From the human T2T-CHM13v2.0 reference genome, Homo sapiens: a stretch of DNA of 64,000 bases. Location: the NCBI RefSeq assembly GCF_009914755.1, contig NC_060927.1. One strand, 5' to 3'. The position numbers were made by a program, and so were the translations under genes. The notes under the pieces were generated by a model that made no database searches, had not been told where the DNA came from, and saw only the letters and a list, made by a program, of their open reading frames with translations. Below are positions 42,301-57,066 of the stretch, piece by piece (the first letter of the stretch is position 1; every line of letters starts with the position of its first letter).

Positions 42301-44004
42301 GCCTGTGCTGCAATTCTTATAGTGGGCACTAGATGTCAGGCCTAAAGTCTAGGTGTAGCAATCAAGGTGACCCTTTCCTTGATGGCCAGTTTTCAAAAGG
42401 TACCATGTCTATTGAGTTACATATTTCTAATATCAATGAAAGTTCCTCACTATATTCCTCACTATGTCTATTACAACGGCAATATAAGATAGAATGTTAT
42501 GTGCAACCAATGCACTACCAGATCAAGTTGGTGTGTCCCTTGACAGTAAAGAACAGGTCTCTATATGGTCCACACATAGTATAGTGTATGTTTTACAGAA
42601 AGTTCTTAAGAAATGATTTTTTTTTGTTGAAGTGCTTCTGCCTTAATATTGGATCAATTATTGAGGAATACCTTTCTATTATGAATTCATATAATTTTGA
42701 TGACCTTATTGGGCTAACCTACTGCAAGCACATAGAGATAATCTAAGAGCATACTAATGGAAATTCCTATATTGATCATTTTCATTATGTATATACGCAT
42801 GCATGAGAGATCCTAAGTAGACATGGTCATCTCTTCCCTAGTTCACTTTCTCTAAGATAATGTAAATAGTAACCACATCTTTTCCAACCATTTGGCAGTA
42901 CATGGATAATTAGCTGTCTTCAATTCTTTCAAAGAAGAATGTAATTCAACAATGAAAAAAACTTCTAAAATAAGAGGTTACCTTTTAGTCAAAATTTATG
43001 TCAAAATTATAGCTCAGGTCAGATGGTCAATCTCAGGTCAAGCTCAGAGATGAAAAAAAAAAATCCACCGGAGTAGGACATGCTCACCTGTAGAACAAAT
43101 AGTAGGTCTTTAGGCAGTGCTTGTAATCAGGAATGCATGTGACAGGAAATGTATAGAGGTGTAGGTAGGCAGAGTGTTAACATTACAAAACTCTGCCACA
43201 GGTATCTAAAAAACGATGAGACTTGGTGCTGAAAACCAGACTTCAGCCTCCAGGAGAACTGGCAGAAGCAAGCTGGTCAGCGAGAAACAGGACCAACAAG
43301 GTAGAGAGGCTGGGTCAAAATTAAGAAAGGGGTATGTACATAATCAACGAGACAACAGTTCTATCTCTAGAACCAAGTACATGGTCAGAGAAAGATATCA
43401 GCTAGAAAGCTAGAGAAAAAGATTCAACTAGCTATTGAACCATTTAATTATTAACGTAAACCATGCAGAATCCATCTAGAAAGAAACATAATTGATCTCT
43501 TAGCCTGGGATGGGGCAAATCTGGAGCAAATAACGTATAAGTGTGAATATTGGAAGAAACTGAGTTAGGAAACCAGATATTCTTAAAATTTACCAAGAAC
43601 CCTTTTGCTTGCTAGGCGTGGTGGTGAATTCAATAAGAGCAGAAAGCATGACTCCTGAATTTGAATAAAAGCAACTGAGTAGACAAAATGTTTAAAAATA
43701 TTTTACCTCAGTGGAAAATTATAATAGCTTCTTTTGAACTAAAATTCCTGTGCTTCTAATCTCTCAGGAACATCACAATGATATGATCAGAAAAAATATT
43801 TACTAAGGATTACATTTTTGTACATGTTTATGCTACTATAGTTCTGGCACTCTTAGGCATCCTCATAAGTGGTCTAATAGACACTGAGCATAATGAAGAG
43901 GAATCGACAATTTTCTATAAACTATGTATGGGGTCCAGTATGCAAAACTGGAGCCACATAATCTTTTTCCGTGATTTCTTATGAAGAAGCAAACTAACAT
44001 GTTA

Positions 44005-44200
44005 GAATGAGATAGCAGTAGGTTTCCATGTTGAATTTATCACTTACTAGAGGTGTGATTATTGAGGCTTTATCTTTGAGATTCAGTTTTCTCAACTGTA
44101 AAATGGGAATAATTGTAGGTAACATGAAGAATTATTGTGAGAGTTAGTAGATACTCAGGCACACAGGTAGTATTCATGAAATTACTACCTATTATTATTC
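44005..44200 (+). mobile_element. MIR SINE
   Basis: TCAGTTTTCTCAACTGTAAAATGGGAATAAT core. Confidence 0.7.
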
Positions 44201-45533
44201 CATTGTGTCATTGTTATGAGTCCACTGAGTTCTTATACCCCTACCCATTAGCACCCAGCCATTAGGGGATTTTAATGACCCAAGTTACTTGTTATAAACT
44301 TCCCTTTCCCCATTCGTAAAATGGGTTTATTGGAGAGGCCACAGAAAGTCAAAGAGGAACATTTTTAAAACCAGCTGGCACTCAACTTTCCCGTAGGATA
44401 GTATCAACTCCCTCCAATGAACCATTCAAAACCCACTGAGGGCTCCAATAGATCTGGCGGGTTGCTGGGCTCAATGCCAGTCACAAGTCAAGGACCTCTC
44501 CTGACACCACAGGCTGAAATTGAAGAAAATAATCTAGTGACTGTTGGTTGCCTCTTTGCCTCAAGACTGCTCATAGTGAATGAAACAAACCCACCAGTCA
44601 CTGAGCAATTAAGCATGTAAAGTAGATGGAAAACACCTCAAAATGAACAGTGCTGACTCTGCAGGATGTTGAAAGCCATTCCAGAATATGAATCAGGCTA
44701 AATTCCAAACAGTTACTCTATGTGCAAATAACCATAGTGACATGGAATTGATTCCTCATTCCCCTTTGGGGCCTTAATCAATATGCATAAGGAAAGCCAG
44801 ATTGTTTCATGCTCTCCTATTCTATTTCCTACATTATAAGGCAAGGATAAATCAGAATAATATTGTGAGACTAGTTTTCTCAAGGTAGTACCATCAATAG
44901 ATTATTGTCAAAGTACAATAATTAACTCATAATTTGATTGATAATTTATTTAGCAGAATCTTTAAGAAACCTCTGGACATTATCTGGTGAAACCCCAAAA
45001 AGCTCTAAGTTAATTAAACTCTGATACTGATGTTATTTTATACTATCACATGACTACCCACAACACAATACACACACACCCACAAACACACACACACACT
45101 CACACACACACCTTTTTTGTGCACATCACATACTTTTCAAAAACATCATTCTCAATTCATCTGGGAAAAACTCAGGGTTTCATGGTTGACATAAAATACC
45201 TAAATTTTAAAACTTATCACCCATATGGAAAATGAAGTCTGGAAAGATATTTTGCTAAAAGATTCCACAGGCAGGTGACTTTATATTTCTCTTATTCATC
45301 ACTAGGTGACTATTTCAATTCCTGTAGCTATTATTTCAAAATATCTCACTCTCTTCAGGTTCCCAGCCACTGCCCCAGATCAATCACACTTCTAAAGGCA
45401 ATCATTCAAAGTAATAACTTCTACTTCCCTGTTCTTGGCCTTAAAACATCTCTATAGCTACATTCTTTATGAGAGTGAGGTGATTTTTCTTCATTCAGAG
45501 TCCAACCCTGCCACCATGACCTAAGATATTTCT

Positions 45534-46829
45534 TTCTTTTTTATTAATATTATACTTTAGGTTCTAGGGAACATGTGCACAACATGCAGGTTTGTTACAT
45601 ATGTATATATGTGCCATGTTGGTGTGCTGCACCCATTAACTCGTCATTTACATTAGGTATATCTCCTAATGCTATCCCTTCCCCCTCTCCCCACCCCACG
45701 ACAGGCCAGGCCCCGGTGTGTGACATTCCCCACCCTGTGTCCAAGTGTTCTCATTGTTCAATTCCCACCTATGAGTGAGAACATGTGGTGTTTGGTTTCC
45801 TGTCCTTGTGATAGTTTGCTCAGAATGATGGTTTCCAGCTTCATCCATGTCCTTACAAAGGACATGAACTTATCCTTTTTTATGGCTGCATAGTATTCCA
45901 TGGTATATATGCGCCACATTTTCTTAATCTAGTCTATCATTGATGGACATTTGGGTTGGTTCCAAGTCTTTGCTATTGTGAATAGTGCTGCAAGAAACAT
46001 ACGTGTGCATGTGTCTTTATAGCAGCATGATTTATAATCCTTTGGGTATATACCCAGTAATGGGATGGCTGGGTCAAATGGTATTTCTAGTTCTAGATCC
46101 TTAAGGAATTGCCACACTGTCTTCCACAATGGTTGAACTAGTTTACAGTCCCACCAACAGTGTAAAAGTGTTCCTATTTCTCCACATCCTCTCCAGCACC
46201 TGTTGTTTCCTGACTTTTTAATGATCACCATTCTAACTGGTGTGAGATAGTATCTCATTGTTGTTTTGATTTGCATTTCTCTGCTGGCCAGTGATGATGA
46301 GCATGTTTTCTTGTGTCTGTTGGCTGCATAAATGTCTTCTTTTGAGAAGTGTCTGTTCATATCCTTCACCCACTTTTTGATGGGGTTGTTTGATTTTTTC
46401 TTCTGAATTTGTTTAAGTTCTTTGTAGATTCTTGATATTAGCCCTTTGTCAGATGGGTAGATTGTAAAAATTTTCTCCCATTCTGTGGGTTGCCTGTTCA
46501 CTCTGATTGTAGTTTCTTTTGCTGTGCAGAAGCTCCTTAGTTTAATTAGATCCCATTTGTCTATTTTGGCTTTTGTTGCCATTGCTTTTGGTGTTTTAGT
46601 CATGAAGTCCTTGCCCATGCCTATGTCCTGAATGGTATTGCCTAGGTTTTCTTCTAGGGTTTTTATGGTTTTAGGTCTAACATTTAAGTCTGTAATCCAT
46701 CTTGAATTAATTTTTATATAAGGCACAAGGAAGGGATCCAGTTTCAGCTTTCTACATATGACTAGCCTGTTTTCCAGCACCATTTATTAAATAGGGATTC
46801 CTTTCCCCATTTCTTGTTTTTGCCAGGTT
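45534..46829 (-). mobile_element. 5'-truncated L1PA (about L1PA5-7): ORF2 C-terminus and 3' UTR
   Basis: ORF 45929-46783 is the L1 ORF2 C-terminal region with the knuckle [19 protein letters not shown] premature stop follows CPSMID (consensus W). Poly(T) is on the left; only a possible 5-bp TSD, TTCTT. Confidence 0.96.
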
Positions 46830-47069
46830 CTTACTCTATCTAGCTCTCCTCCATACTCTTTTGCTCACTGACTGTATAACTGATAGGGTTACCTATACTA
46901 CACCTGGTGTGTCCAGGGAGATAGTTTGGACAATTTGATTTCTGGAACTCATTCTCGCCTCTACTTCCAAAGACGTACTTCCTCCCATGTTCCTTTTCTC
47001 AGTTCATGGCACCAACACCTCTTTGTGTTTCTAAGGAGAGAAGCCCAGAATCATCAGTATATCTCTGAG

Positions 47070-47260
47070 TCAATTGGTACTTACTATAAAACAAATACTT
47101 TTTCAATGCATTTTACTTGCATTTGCCCATGAAACTTTTCAACAACCCTATTGGATAGGTACTATTAACCCACGTATTTTACAGATGATAAAATAATGAG
47201 GCACAGAAAAATTGCAAGTAAGTCAATCTGACTTCAGAGACTTTGCTTATAACGCTATAA
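47070..47260 (-). mobile_element. MIR SINE within L2-like sequence
   Basis: CAACAACCCTATTGGATAGGTACTATT..ATTTTACAGATGA. Confidence 0.7.
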
Positions 47261-48499
47261 TAACTTAAAACATGGCTCTTTTCCTTCTTTCTACACTCTA
47301 ATCAACTATAAACTCCTGTTCGTTCTATCTCCATGCACGTCTCTTCATTTCTATTCCCACTGACTTAGATTCAGACTTTGTTTTTAGTGGCTACCTCATC
47401 GACTTCTCTGCCTTTAGTTTTCTAGTTTCTCTTCCTTCTGGTCCAATTTCCAAAAAGCATGGTTCTAATTATTTCTCTGTACCTCTTGATAATATCCAAG
47501 AGCTTCTTTTTAACTTTTGAATTAAACATAACTCCTCAGCTGGCATTATTACCTCTATATATCTTTGTGGATCCATCTCCCAAACTAGTGTATGCACTTT
47601 TCCCATGAGTTTTCAATCATATGCTTTTCATTCCTTTTAGTGTTGGCCTCATATACCTGCAAAATACACTGCACTTCTACACTGTGCAGAATATATTGTG
47701 CTTCTCCTAAAACCAAAGCCTAGTAGAGGATGAAGATTTCAAATCCAGCCTCTTGCAGAATCTCACGCATCTATGGAACTGACTTCTTTCCTATGTCTCT
47801 GTAGCACCTCATATTCAAAACTGATGTCCAAGGCACAGGCCAGGCAGATCAACAGGTGTGTGTCTTTCTCTGTTCATATCAGCACCAAATTCCCAGGAAA
47901 TTTATTTTTGTCCAATTACATAAGTAATCAAACTAAGCACTGAACACAGTATCCTAGTCTGCTATTCTGGCACAACATGGACATTCAATAAACAGGTAAT
48001 TGAACTGGAGAGAAGGATCCCAAATCCCACTCTGATTTCCCCTGTCCTTTTCTGATTCAACACTTGAAACACCCAGTTTAACCCTGTATTCTCCTATGAT
48101 CTCTTCTTTAGATGCCCGCATCCATACTCTCTTCTGACTTCTTTTGATGTGAATCTCTTTGGATCACTAGGGGTATTACTCAGACCTAGAGTAAATCTTT
48201 TCCCTTGTCTTGCTGTACAAATACGCAGCAGGGAAGTCTGGACTGACTCTGCTTTCTCTTAGCTTCAAGTTCTCTCTCCTTTGACTCTGTCTTCCCTTTG
48301 CTTTTGATGGGTGACCCAGGTAGGTGGTCATGCCAACAATCTGCTAGGGATAAATGATGATAACTCTGCACGTAACCTCAAACATGAATGTTCTCTTACC
48401 CACCTTAGCTAGGTAAACCTAGTGATACTCTACTCATATTTCAAGGCCTATCTCATTTACCATATTTATGGGGAAATCCTTAATTAAGACCATCTGATA

Positions 48500-48700
48500 A
48501 ATCCTATTTTTTTGAGCATTTGTCTGTGTGCCAGACACCACACTATGTACTTTTTGTGCATTGCACCCAATCTTTACAAAGACAAGTTTGTCATTATTAG
48601 GCCTACATTTTTAGATATGAAAATTGAGGTTTGAGGAAGTTAAGTGGCATGGTCAGGGTCATACTGAGTTGAAATCAAACTCAGGACCATTTCACTTTTC
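48500..48700 (-). mobile_element. MIR SINE
   Basis: TTGAGCATTTGTCTGTGTGCCAGACAC..ATATGAAAATTGAGGTTTGAGGAAGTTAAGTG. Confidence 0.7.
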
Positions 48701-51700
48701 ATTTCTGTATAGTAATTTACAGAATGTTCTGTTTGTGCAATTATTTGTATGCTATAGTTATCTTACCATTTTTATTATACTTCGGCCCTTGTAAAGGAAG
48801 ATAACCTATCTTCCTAAGTTTTGTATCCACCTGTAACAGCTAATACAGTGTTTTGAACATAGTAGGAATTCAACACCTATTTTTTGAATGGAATAATTGA
48901 CAATAAGTTATTTGAATGTTATAAGGTCAGTTTTTACACTTATGTGAGTTTTCAGACTTTATTCTTTTGAGGTACATAAAGAGAACCAATGTGCATTCTC
49001 TCTCTCTCTCTCTGTCTCTCTCTCCTCTGTCTTTCTAAGTCACTGGATTTAGAAGTTGGATATATTTGACAGTTGAAATGAGATGCACCAAGACAGGACT
49101 AGAGCTTCTGCATTTTTATGTCACCGATAGCATTTAGCCAACTCAGTTGGAACTGTTTTTTTTCTTATCTTTTGTAAATCTATTGAGCAGAGAATGGGGA
49201 TACAATAGAGGGTAAATAATCCAAATTCCCTTAGACTAACCTAGAATTTGTGAAAATCCAGGTGGAGAGAAAAACTAGGTTTACAGTTTTGTTGTTGTTT
49301 TCTTCTTCTCAGTAGAAGGGAAAAAATAAGGCATGCATGACTAGTTTTAACTGAACAAGTGAACAACATAAGCCACATTGAACAGGGATGTTTATCTGGC
49401 TACTTGAGAGAGAACACACTGAATTCAAGTACTTTGGGAGCATCTTTCCAAATGCAAGTGGTTGGTTACAATTTAAGGAGAGCCTGAGGTTGTTGTGGCT
49501 GATACTCTGCTTTTCCAATTACCAATAACTTTCACTTGTTCATTAAAGTGGAGATTCTATACAGCTCTTGGTTCCAATTCAGCTCAATTACATAAGTATG
49601 TATTGAGTGTCCACGTTATATCAGACTGGGACACTGTGTTCAGTGCTTAGTTCAATTACCTATGTGTCCTGGCCAAAAATAAAACTGTATTTCTTCCAAA
49701 AAATCTGTAATTCATATGTTCACACCAATCCTGACTGGTTTTCACTTCAATTAATCAAAATTGATAAAATTTCATTTTGAAGTTTTGAGGAAGTGAAATT
49801 AAGGAACTTGTGTACAGCAGTAAGGGAAACCAATGAATGATTGAAATTTCAGACTAGGAGAACAGCGCCCCCTTCCTCATTTGCCCTCTGGGACTCTGTA
49901 GAAGTCTTAGCTTGTTAGTACATTGTCTGATTTTACACATTGAACCCCAGTGCAGTAGTAAACCAGACCCAAGAATCAATAAAAAACAATTTAAGTGTTA
50001 ATATAACATCATGCCAAAATTCACCTATTTTATAATATATTAAATATTGAGCTTAGACTTACTGAAATTCCTGTGAGATGCTACCTATAAAACAAGAAGA
50101 TTTAATAGGTAGTGCTGTCAGTGATACCTTAAGAAAAAAAGCCATGCGTGTTCCATTGCATGTGTATTTCATCGATTTTTAAAGGAGTATATTTTAGATA
50201 GGTCTTCGCTGTATGGATTCACATAAGCTGGGTTTGTGAGATTAAAATAAAAATAAACATATAAATGGCTATTTTCCAGGAAGATAATTAGTATCTGGCA
50301 ATTTATTCTTCCAAGCTCACAATGTTGAAAGTCTGCACAAAAACAACTTTGTAAAAATCACTATTGTCAGGTCTCTTTTAGACCATTGTGTATAATTGCT
50401 ATGGAAATATGAAAATGTCTCTTTCTTTCTCTCTCAACTAGCACATGATAACCCATTCAGTCTTTCACAAGTTTGCTGTAAATGATGCCAGTCAAAGAGT
50501 CCAATGAGACTGTCAGACATTAGCGTATTAGCCATTATCTGTTACACTTCTGGACCAAAATAACAAATAATATGCCTGGAGTTGCTGCCATTTGTGACTG
50601 CTAGTTTCCCTGCATGGCATATGCCTAGAGAGTCTCAGATGAGAGGTGATTGCACAAAACTGTGATTGTGAGATGACTTAGCAGAACCCGTGATGATATC
50701 CTAATGGACTCCTGCTGGGGGGAACAGGAGTAATTGTTTGTCAGGAGAGGGAACACATCTGTAGGAAGGCATCTTCTGCAAACCAAGCAGCCATGTGGAA
50801 AGAGAAAGTGAGAAACACAGTGCTGGGAGCCGACAGTGGAGAAAGTGCACAGGTCGAATCGAATAAAGCAGTAGCTACAAGGGGCAGCAATAGGGCTAGA
50901 GAGGAGCTGGTCGAGTAAGATTGAAGTTGTATGCTTTGGAAAACAACACAAACAATTATTTAAAAATGAAATGCTGGCCTGCTAAAGTTACATCATTTTT
51001 TTTTTTCTGGCAACCTCAATTCATAATGAAGATGCAAAACAGGAAAATGCTGGAGAAGGAATGAGAGTACCAAACTGGGAGAAAGCTTGCATAATCATAC
51101 ATTCTCTAGGAGTGTTTTCACAGCTCGAGCATTTCCTTCAATTATAGTCCTTTTAATGTTATATTTTACATCCAATTACTTCCTTTGTTCACTCCTTACT
51201 GTAGTGATCTAAAACCAGTATTTTTAAAACCATACTTTTAAAATAAAGGCAAAGCTATTGAATTTACATGCATTAGAAACATCAATGTCGTCTTGTACAA
51301 CTGAAGGATACTCATAGCTTTGTTTGCTGCTGCTCTAAGCATCCTCTATTTGATCAGAAATAAGTGAGAGCAAGTAAGCTAATTAATGCTGCAAAATGCT
51401 AATTCTCTCCACCTTTTATCCTGTGTCTAAATTACGATTTTATCTAATTTCTGAGGAAAAGAAATGCTCATGCCAGTGGAGCCTGTCATTATTAAAATAT
51501 AAATCAATACATAAAAGAATATTGGCCTGTGGGAAAGACTGTAAAAAAAATATTTAATGCCTTCTGCAAACAGCTGTGCTCCTGACCCAGCAGTTTTTGT
51601 TTGCTTTACTGACAAGCTACTAGATTGTATCTATTTCAGCACTTCTGGCACATCTGAAGATGTTTCCAACAACATAGATTTTAAAATGTGAAATTTTATA

Positions 51701-53178
51701 TCAATGCTGCTGTAATTAAAATAAAATAAATTTTAGGCAAATAAACTCCCCCACCCCCACCTCTCAAATTTACAAATACAATTGGTGTTAAACATGAGAT
51801 TAAACATAACAGAATGAGAATTTTAGTTCAATGGTTCAGAAGAGCGCAAATAAATTTTTATATCAACCTGAGGCCCATGAAACTTGGGAGATGCTGTATA
51901 TGTGAATGTCTACACGAAAAAAATTGCTTCTTGTTTCTTTTAGTTGAAAAGCTTTCAACCATCAACAGCCATTTAAAATAAGTGGTATTGATAATTATGA
52001 TGATAGGTGACTCCCATGAGGGTAAGAAAGTAAAGGAAGATGAAGTGAAGGAGGAAACAGATCCATGCTAATGTCATTTTAAAAATAATACTAAGATTTA
52101 GGGTGACCAATGAAGATTTTCTCAAGATATGAGGCCTTCAGTGCTAAAACCAAGAAAGTCCCAAGTAAGCAAGGATGAGCTGATCACCCCATGAATTGTA
52201 ATTCCACATGTAAGCCCATGTAATATAGATCTCATCAAAATTAAAGACAAATTTTCATTACCTTACAACTTCTCACACTTCAGAATCCCTGGTTAAATAG
52301 CTTGCCTTTAACTATAATTTTTTGTACATTTGCTTATATCTACCCCAATACCCATACATTTTGTCTCAGCATCATTGGTCAAATTATTTACATTTGTTGA
52401 GCCCATTGGAACTAATTCAATATCCATACCCTAAGTTTCAAAATTCCTTCTTCTGCTTTTTTTTTCTCTTTAATGTTAAAACCATCAGAAAGAATCATTC
52501 TTTCACAGTCCTAAATGACATGTTTTGAATGCAACTGTGGTCTGAAGACCCAAGTACAAGGAAGATTTATCCTTCCCATGGTGGGTCATTACAAGCAAAC
52601 TATTCCTTTTAAAAACAATCATGTCTATGATCTCTGGTCATGCATATATCATACTACAGATAACTACATTGTATTTCTTAGGAATAAGAGTCTCAATTAA
52701 GACAAATTGAGTCTCAATTAGGACAAATTATAATACACATTTGAATTCATATTGTCACCACCAACAAAAGTAATGTTCTTTTGCTTCTATCACTATCTAA
52801 TTTTCCTTGATTATGTTGTATCATAAAATTAAAAGACTCAACAAAGTTTTTTGAGGGGGTTTGAGCTGGGTCTACTAGTGCAGTTTTTCTAACATTCCTA
52901 AGTTGAGGCATGATTTCTGTATGGTTAATTTTGAAATACATGTTCAGACAGAGTAACTAACATGCTTTAGTCGCTATAGGTGGCTAAGTTTAAGCACAAA
53001 TTGGCATCTAATCCTGGAGGGCAAATCCAATCTATTCGTAGGCAGAATTTGCACATCCTCACAGTTTTAAAAAACTTCAGCACACAAGCTTGAGACATTG
53101 GTATAATCAAGGACTCACATAAGGCTTGAAGAGTCCATGAAAATAGAAATAAAACCTAAAATTCATTCTTGGTAGAAG

Positions 53179-53192
53179 CACACACACACAAA

Positions 53193-53224
<32 letters not shown>
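53179..53224. repeat. Interrupted (CA)n microsatellite
   Basis: Directly visible in the sequence. Confidence 0.93.
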
Positions 53225-54263
53225 GTTTTTAAGAGTTTAAAAATAGCTTCAACACACTTTGAAACATCATAAATAGGAAAACATGTAACCTACTTTCTCA
53301 CAAGTTCAAAGCATTCCGCTACTCTCCCAGAACTAGCAACAGATGCTTTCTTATAAACTATGTATTCATTCCTACTTTTGGCTGCTCTTAATCTAGATCA
53401 AGATCTTATCTTAGTGTTATACTGGCAACATGGATTGATCACTTGTGACAGATCCACTGGCTCCAGTTTCCATTAGCTGAAGATTTTGCTGCCAGGATAA
53501 TCTCAATAAAATACTGTTTTCATCACGTACCTCCACAGCCCAGTATCATCAGTAACACTGCACTGCACATGGAATGAAGACCAGACTACTTGTGCTCATA
53601 GTCAACCTGATCCCAAACCACTTTCATTATTTTGTTCTTTAAAATAATTTCCCTTGTTGTGAAAGTATATCATCACATTGCAGAAATTCTGGAAAATAAA
53701 CCTTTCTCTGATAAATTCTCATAGCCTTGATAGCTCCCTTCTCTGAACAGCAGGCACATGGTCCTAAACTGGGCCTTGGTGTTTAAGTGTCCTAGATGTG
53801 TATGCCTCCGTCTCTTTGCTTATTTTCTGTCACTTTAGCTGGCCAGATGCAAAACAAATGCTCTAAAACAATGCCCATGTGGTTTTCTCCCACGTCCCAT
53901 GTAATTCTTTCACAACTTAGCTACATTTAGTGCATTTCAATTGTTCAAATTTTTATTTTCATCAAACATACCAAAAGAACACAAATTCTGGACCCATGAA
54001 GTCATCTCCTAGAAGCCTGTGGAAATTTTCTTTGAAAAAACCAACCACCTCCCTCCTAACTTAAAAAGTTGACCTGTTATTATAATCTAGGACCAATTTA
54101 TCAGAAGCAGCCAAAAACTTTGAATAATTGTGAGAATTTTCATGTATTTAAAATCGATTTATATAGATATTCTCAGTTTATGAGCTACAGCATGACCTAA
54201 TTAGAAATCACAGACATGTTATGCTATGAGTCTGTAGGAAAAATGGTTAAAACACAATATTTG

Positions 54264-54564
54264 GGCCACGCGCGGTGGCTTATGCCTGCAATCCTAGCAC
54301 TTTGGGAGGCCAAGGCGAGTGGATCTCCTGAGGTCAGGAGTTCAAGACCAGCCTGGCCAACATGGCGAAACCCCATCTCTACTAAAAAGATACAAAAATT
54401 AGCCAGGTGTGGTGGTGCGTGCCTGTAGTCTCAGCTACTCAGGATGCTGAGGCACGAGAATCATTTGAACCCAGGAGGCGGAGGTTGCAGTGAGCCAAGA
54501 TCACACCACTGCACTCCAGCCTGGGTGTCAGAGCAAGACTCTATCTCAAAACAAACAAACAAAC
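54264..54564 (+). mobile_element. Alu (AluSx-type)
   Basis: Full dimer with (AAAC)n tail; TSD AAAACACAATATTTG / AAAAAACAGTATTTG. Confidence 0.95.
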
Positions 54565-54974
54565 AAAAAACAGTATTTGATCCTAACCAACCATGAACAG
54601 CACCATAGTAGGAAAATAAAGTACAAATGATTGACTTGAAATAAAATGTAAAGAAAATCTTTCTGTACACATCAAATAACACACACACACATCCACATAC
54701 ACACACTCTCTCTCTTTTGAATTTCATTGTCAAATTTGTTCTCCCCGAAACTTTGTTAGCAGAATAAGAATTATTAGCTAGCCCCATAAAAAGAAGAAAA
54801 ATGAGAGTAACTTCCATGAAGTGATCCCCACGGCTCTTTTGCATGTGAATATATTATGCTCAAACTTCAACCTTAGAGAGCTAAGTGATCATTACCATTC
54901 ATGGCTAACTACAGTGACCAAAACCTCAAAGTAATTGCAGGCCACAGATAGGCTTTGCAAGTAGATTTACTTTC

Positions 54975-56100
54975 CATTAAAAAGAGCTGGCAACTGATGC
55001 CCATAACAACTTGGATGAATCTCAAAAGCATCATGTTGAGTGAAGGAAGCCATTCTCAAAAGGTTACGTACTGTATTGTTAGCAACAGAACGTATCCGAC
55101 TCACATGGCACCAAAATATGTAACCAGAGGCATATCCTCCATATGGATCTGCAGCAACCTGAGTTCTTGTCTCCTCATAAGAAAGAATATGACCTAAGGG
55201 CATAAAGCAGAAGGAGAGACCAAGGCAAGTTTTAGAGTGGGAGTGAAAGATTATTTAAAAGCTTTAGAATTAAAGTACACTTGGAAGAAGGCCAAGTGAG
55301 TGACTTGAGAGATCAAGAGCACAGTTTGACCTTCTGATGTGGGGTTTTATACATTGGCATACTTCTGGGGTCTTGCGTTACTTCTCCCCTGATTCTTTGC
55401 TTGGGTTGGGCTGTCCACATGCACGTGCTTGAGCCCACTTGCCCAACTTCTGAGATCTTATCAGGAAGCTGCTGATCAGCAGTTTCAGATGTTTTGTATC
55501 TATTAGGTGACTGCCTTTTGCTGGCGCTGGCTGTGACAAATTATTATTTTAGAGAGACATTTAAGAACCACGTTACCGTCACCTGGTCGCCTGACATTCC
55601 TGATGTGTGTGTATGTCAGGGGAGCCCTTTCCTTCTCTGCTCATGCGAGACTAGCTACCTACTATAATAGCATAATTCCATTTCTACAACATTCTCAAAA
55701 AGACAAAACTATAGAGATAGAGAAAAGATTACTGGTTGTTAGAGGAGGTAGGCAAAGGGGTGACTATCAGTTGATGGAGAGAGTATGGGGGACAATGAAT
55801 CTATTTTTTATCTTGACTATGACAGTGATTAAATGAATCTACACATGCATTAAAATTTCATAGATGTATAAACTAAAACAACAATAAACCAATGAGTGCA
55901 TGTGAAAATTGGTGAGATTTGAATAAGGGCTGTAGTTTAATTAGTAATGTAGCAATGCTAGTTTCCTGTTTTTGATAATTCTACTATGGTTATCTAAGAT
56001 GATATCGCTGGGGGAAACTGGGTAAAGGGCACACAAAATTTTTCTGTACACTTTTTGTAAATTCTATGAAAGCTTAAAATTATTTCAAAATAAAAAGTTG
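54975..56100 (+). mobile_element. Old L1 (L1MC/MD-like) 3' end, split by an LTR
   Basis: The ORF2 end TTWMNLKSIMLSEGS (ORF 54955) continues after the LTR as AATTCCATTTCTAC..; ends TATTTCAAAATAAAAAGTT. Confidence 0.8.
55077..55669 (-). mobile_element. ERV1 solo LTR (LTR9-like)
   Basis: The reverse complement begins TATTATAGTAGGTAGCTAGTC..CATGAGCAG, resembling recalled LTR9. It interrupts the L1 with a near-TSD GTAT / GCAT. Confidence 0.8.
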
Positions 56101-57000
56101 TTTTAAAAAGTAGGAAACTAAATATGTTAATAAGAGCCTCGTCTTCAGTGATTAGATATTTGCAGTCTTATTTTTTAAAAGAAGGTGTGATCAATATAAA
56201 ATAATAAAAAGGGATGACTTCTGAAGACATAGTTAACTTTATGGTATTACAAATAATTATCTTGTCTTTACCTACATATTTTGGACTGGTCTTTGAGTTA
56301 GAGTCATTACTACAATAACATAATAATATACACAATCATCATTCCTGCCTGTGATTTGGGCTTTTTCAGTACCTACCTCATTTCCTGTTCTTGAGTGTCA
56401 GGCTTATAGAACTAACAGCTTAATAGGCACCCACCCCTTAAAGTCAACAAGGTTAAAACTTTGCCAAATATTATTACTCTGTTACACCATCTTTTGCCTT
56501 CACTTCACTAACTATTAGTCAGCTCCTCCTAACCCAATTTTCTTTCAATTGCTTTTTCCTACTTTATTCAGTAGGGTCAGCAGGGAATAAACACAAGACA
56601 AAATCCTGTGAGACATCCTCACAACTGTTTATTCCAAACATCCAATTTAAACCAAGTCTCTCTGATTATTTCTCTTAGGTATATGCTGAATCTTACCTCT
56701 TCATTCTCATTGCCATTGCCAAGGCATTTTTCTCAACTGTGCTATTATAGCAACCTGTGATTCATATCCTTAATTCCAAATATATAACATTCAAGTGTAT
56801 CAGAATGATCTTTGAATGTGATCCCATTGCTCAGAACCCTATTGTCTACCAAACTAAGATCCAATCTGCTTTACATAAAGATACACTCTCAAAAATCTGT
56901 CCCTTACCTACTTTTCTAGCTTAATATCTCATCCACTTCCCTTTTGAAATGTATACTTCAAAATACTCTTTTAGGCTGTTTACAGTACCCTAAAAGAACC

Positions 57001-57066
57001 GAGATCACGCCACTGCACTCCAGCCTGGATGACAGAGCGAGACTCTGTCTCAAAAAAAAAAAAAAA
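57001..57066 (+). mobile_element. Severely 5'-truncated Alu (last ~51 nt plus poly(A))
   Basis: GAGATCACGCCACTGCACTCCAGCCTGG..CTC followed by an A-run; perfect TSD AAAAGAACC at 56992-57000 and 57067-57075. Confidence 0.93.

Noticed and set aside
45929-46783. Longest ORF (284 aa) as a novel gene
   Set aside because: It is the C-terminus of L1 ORF2 in a 5'-truncated copy, with no promoter, EN or RT domain, and a premature stop.
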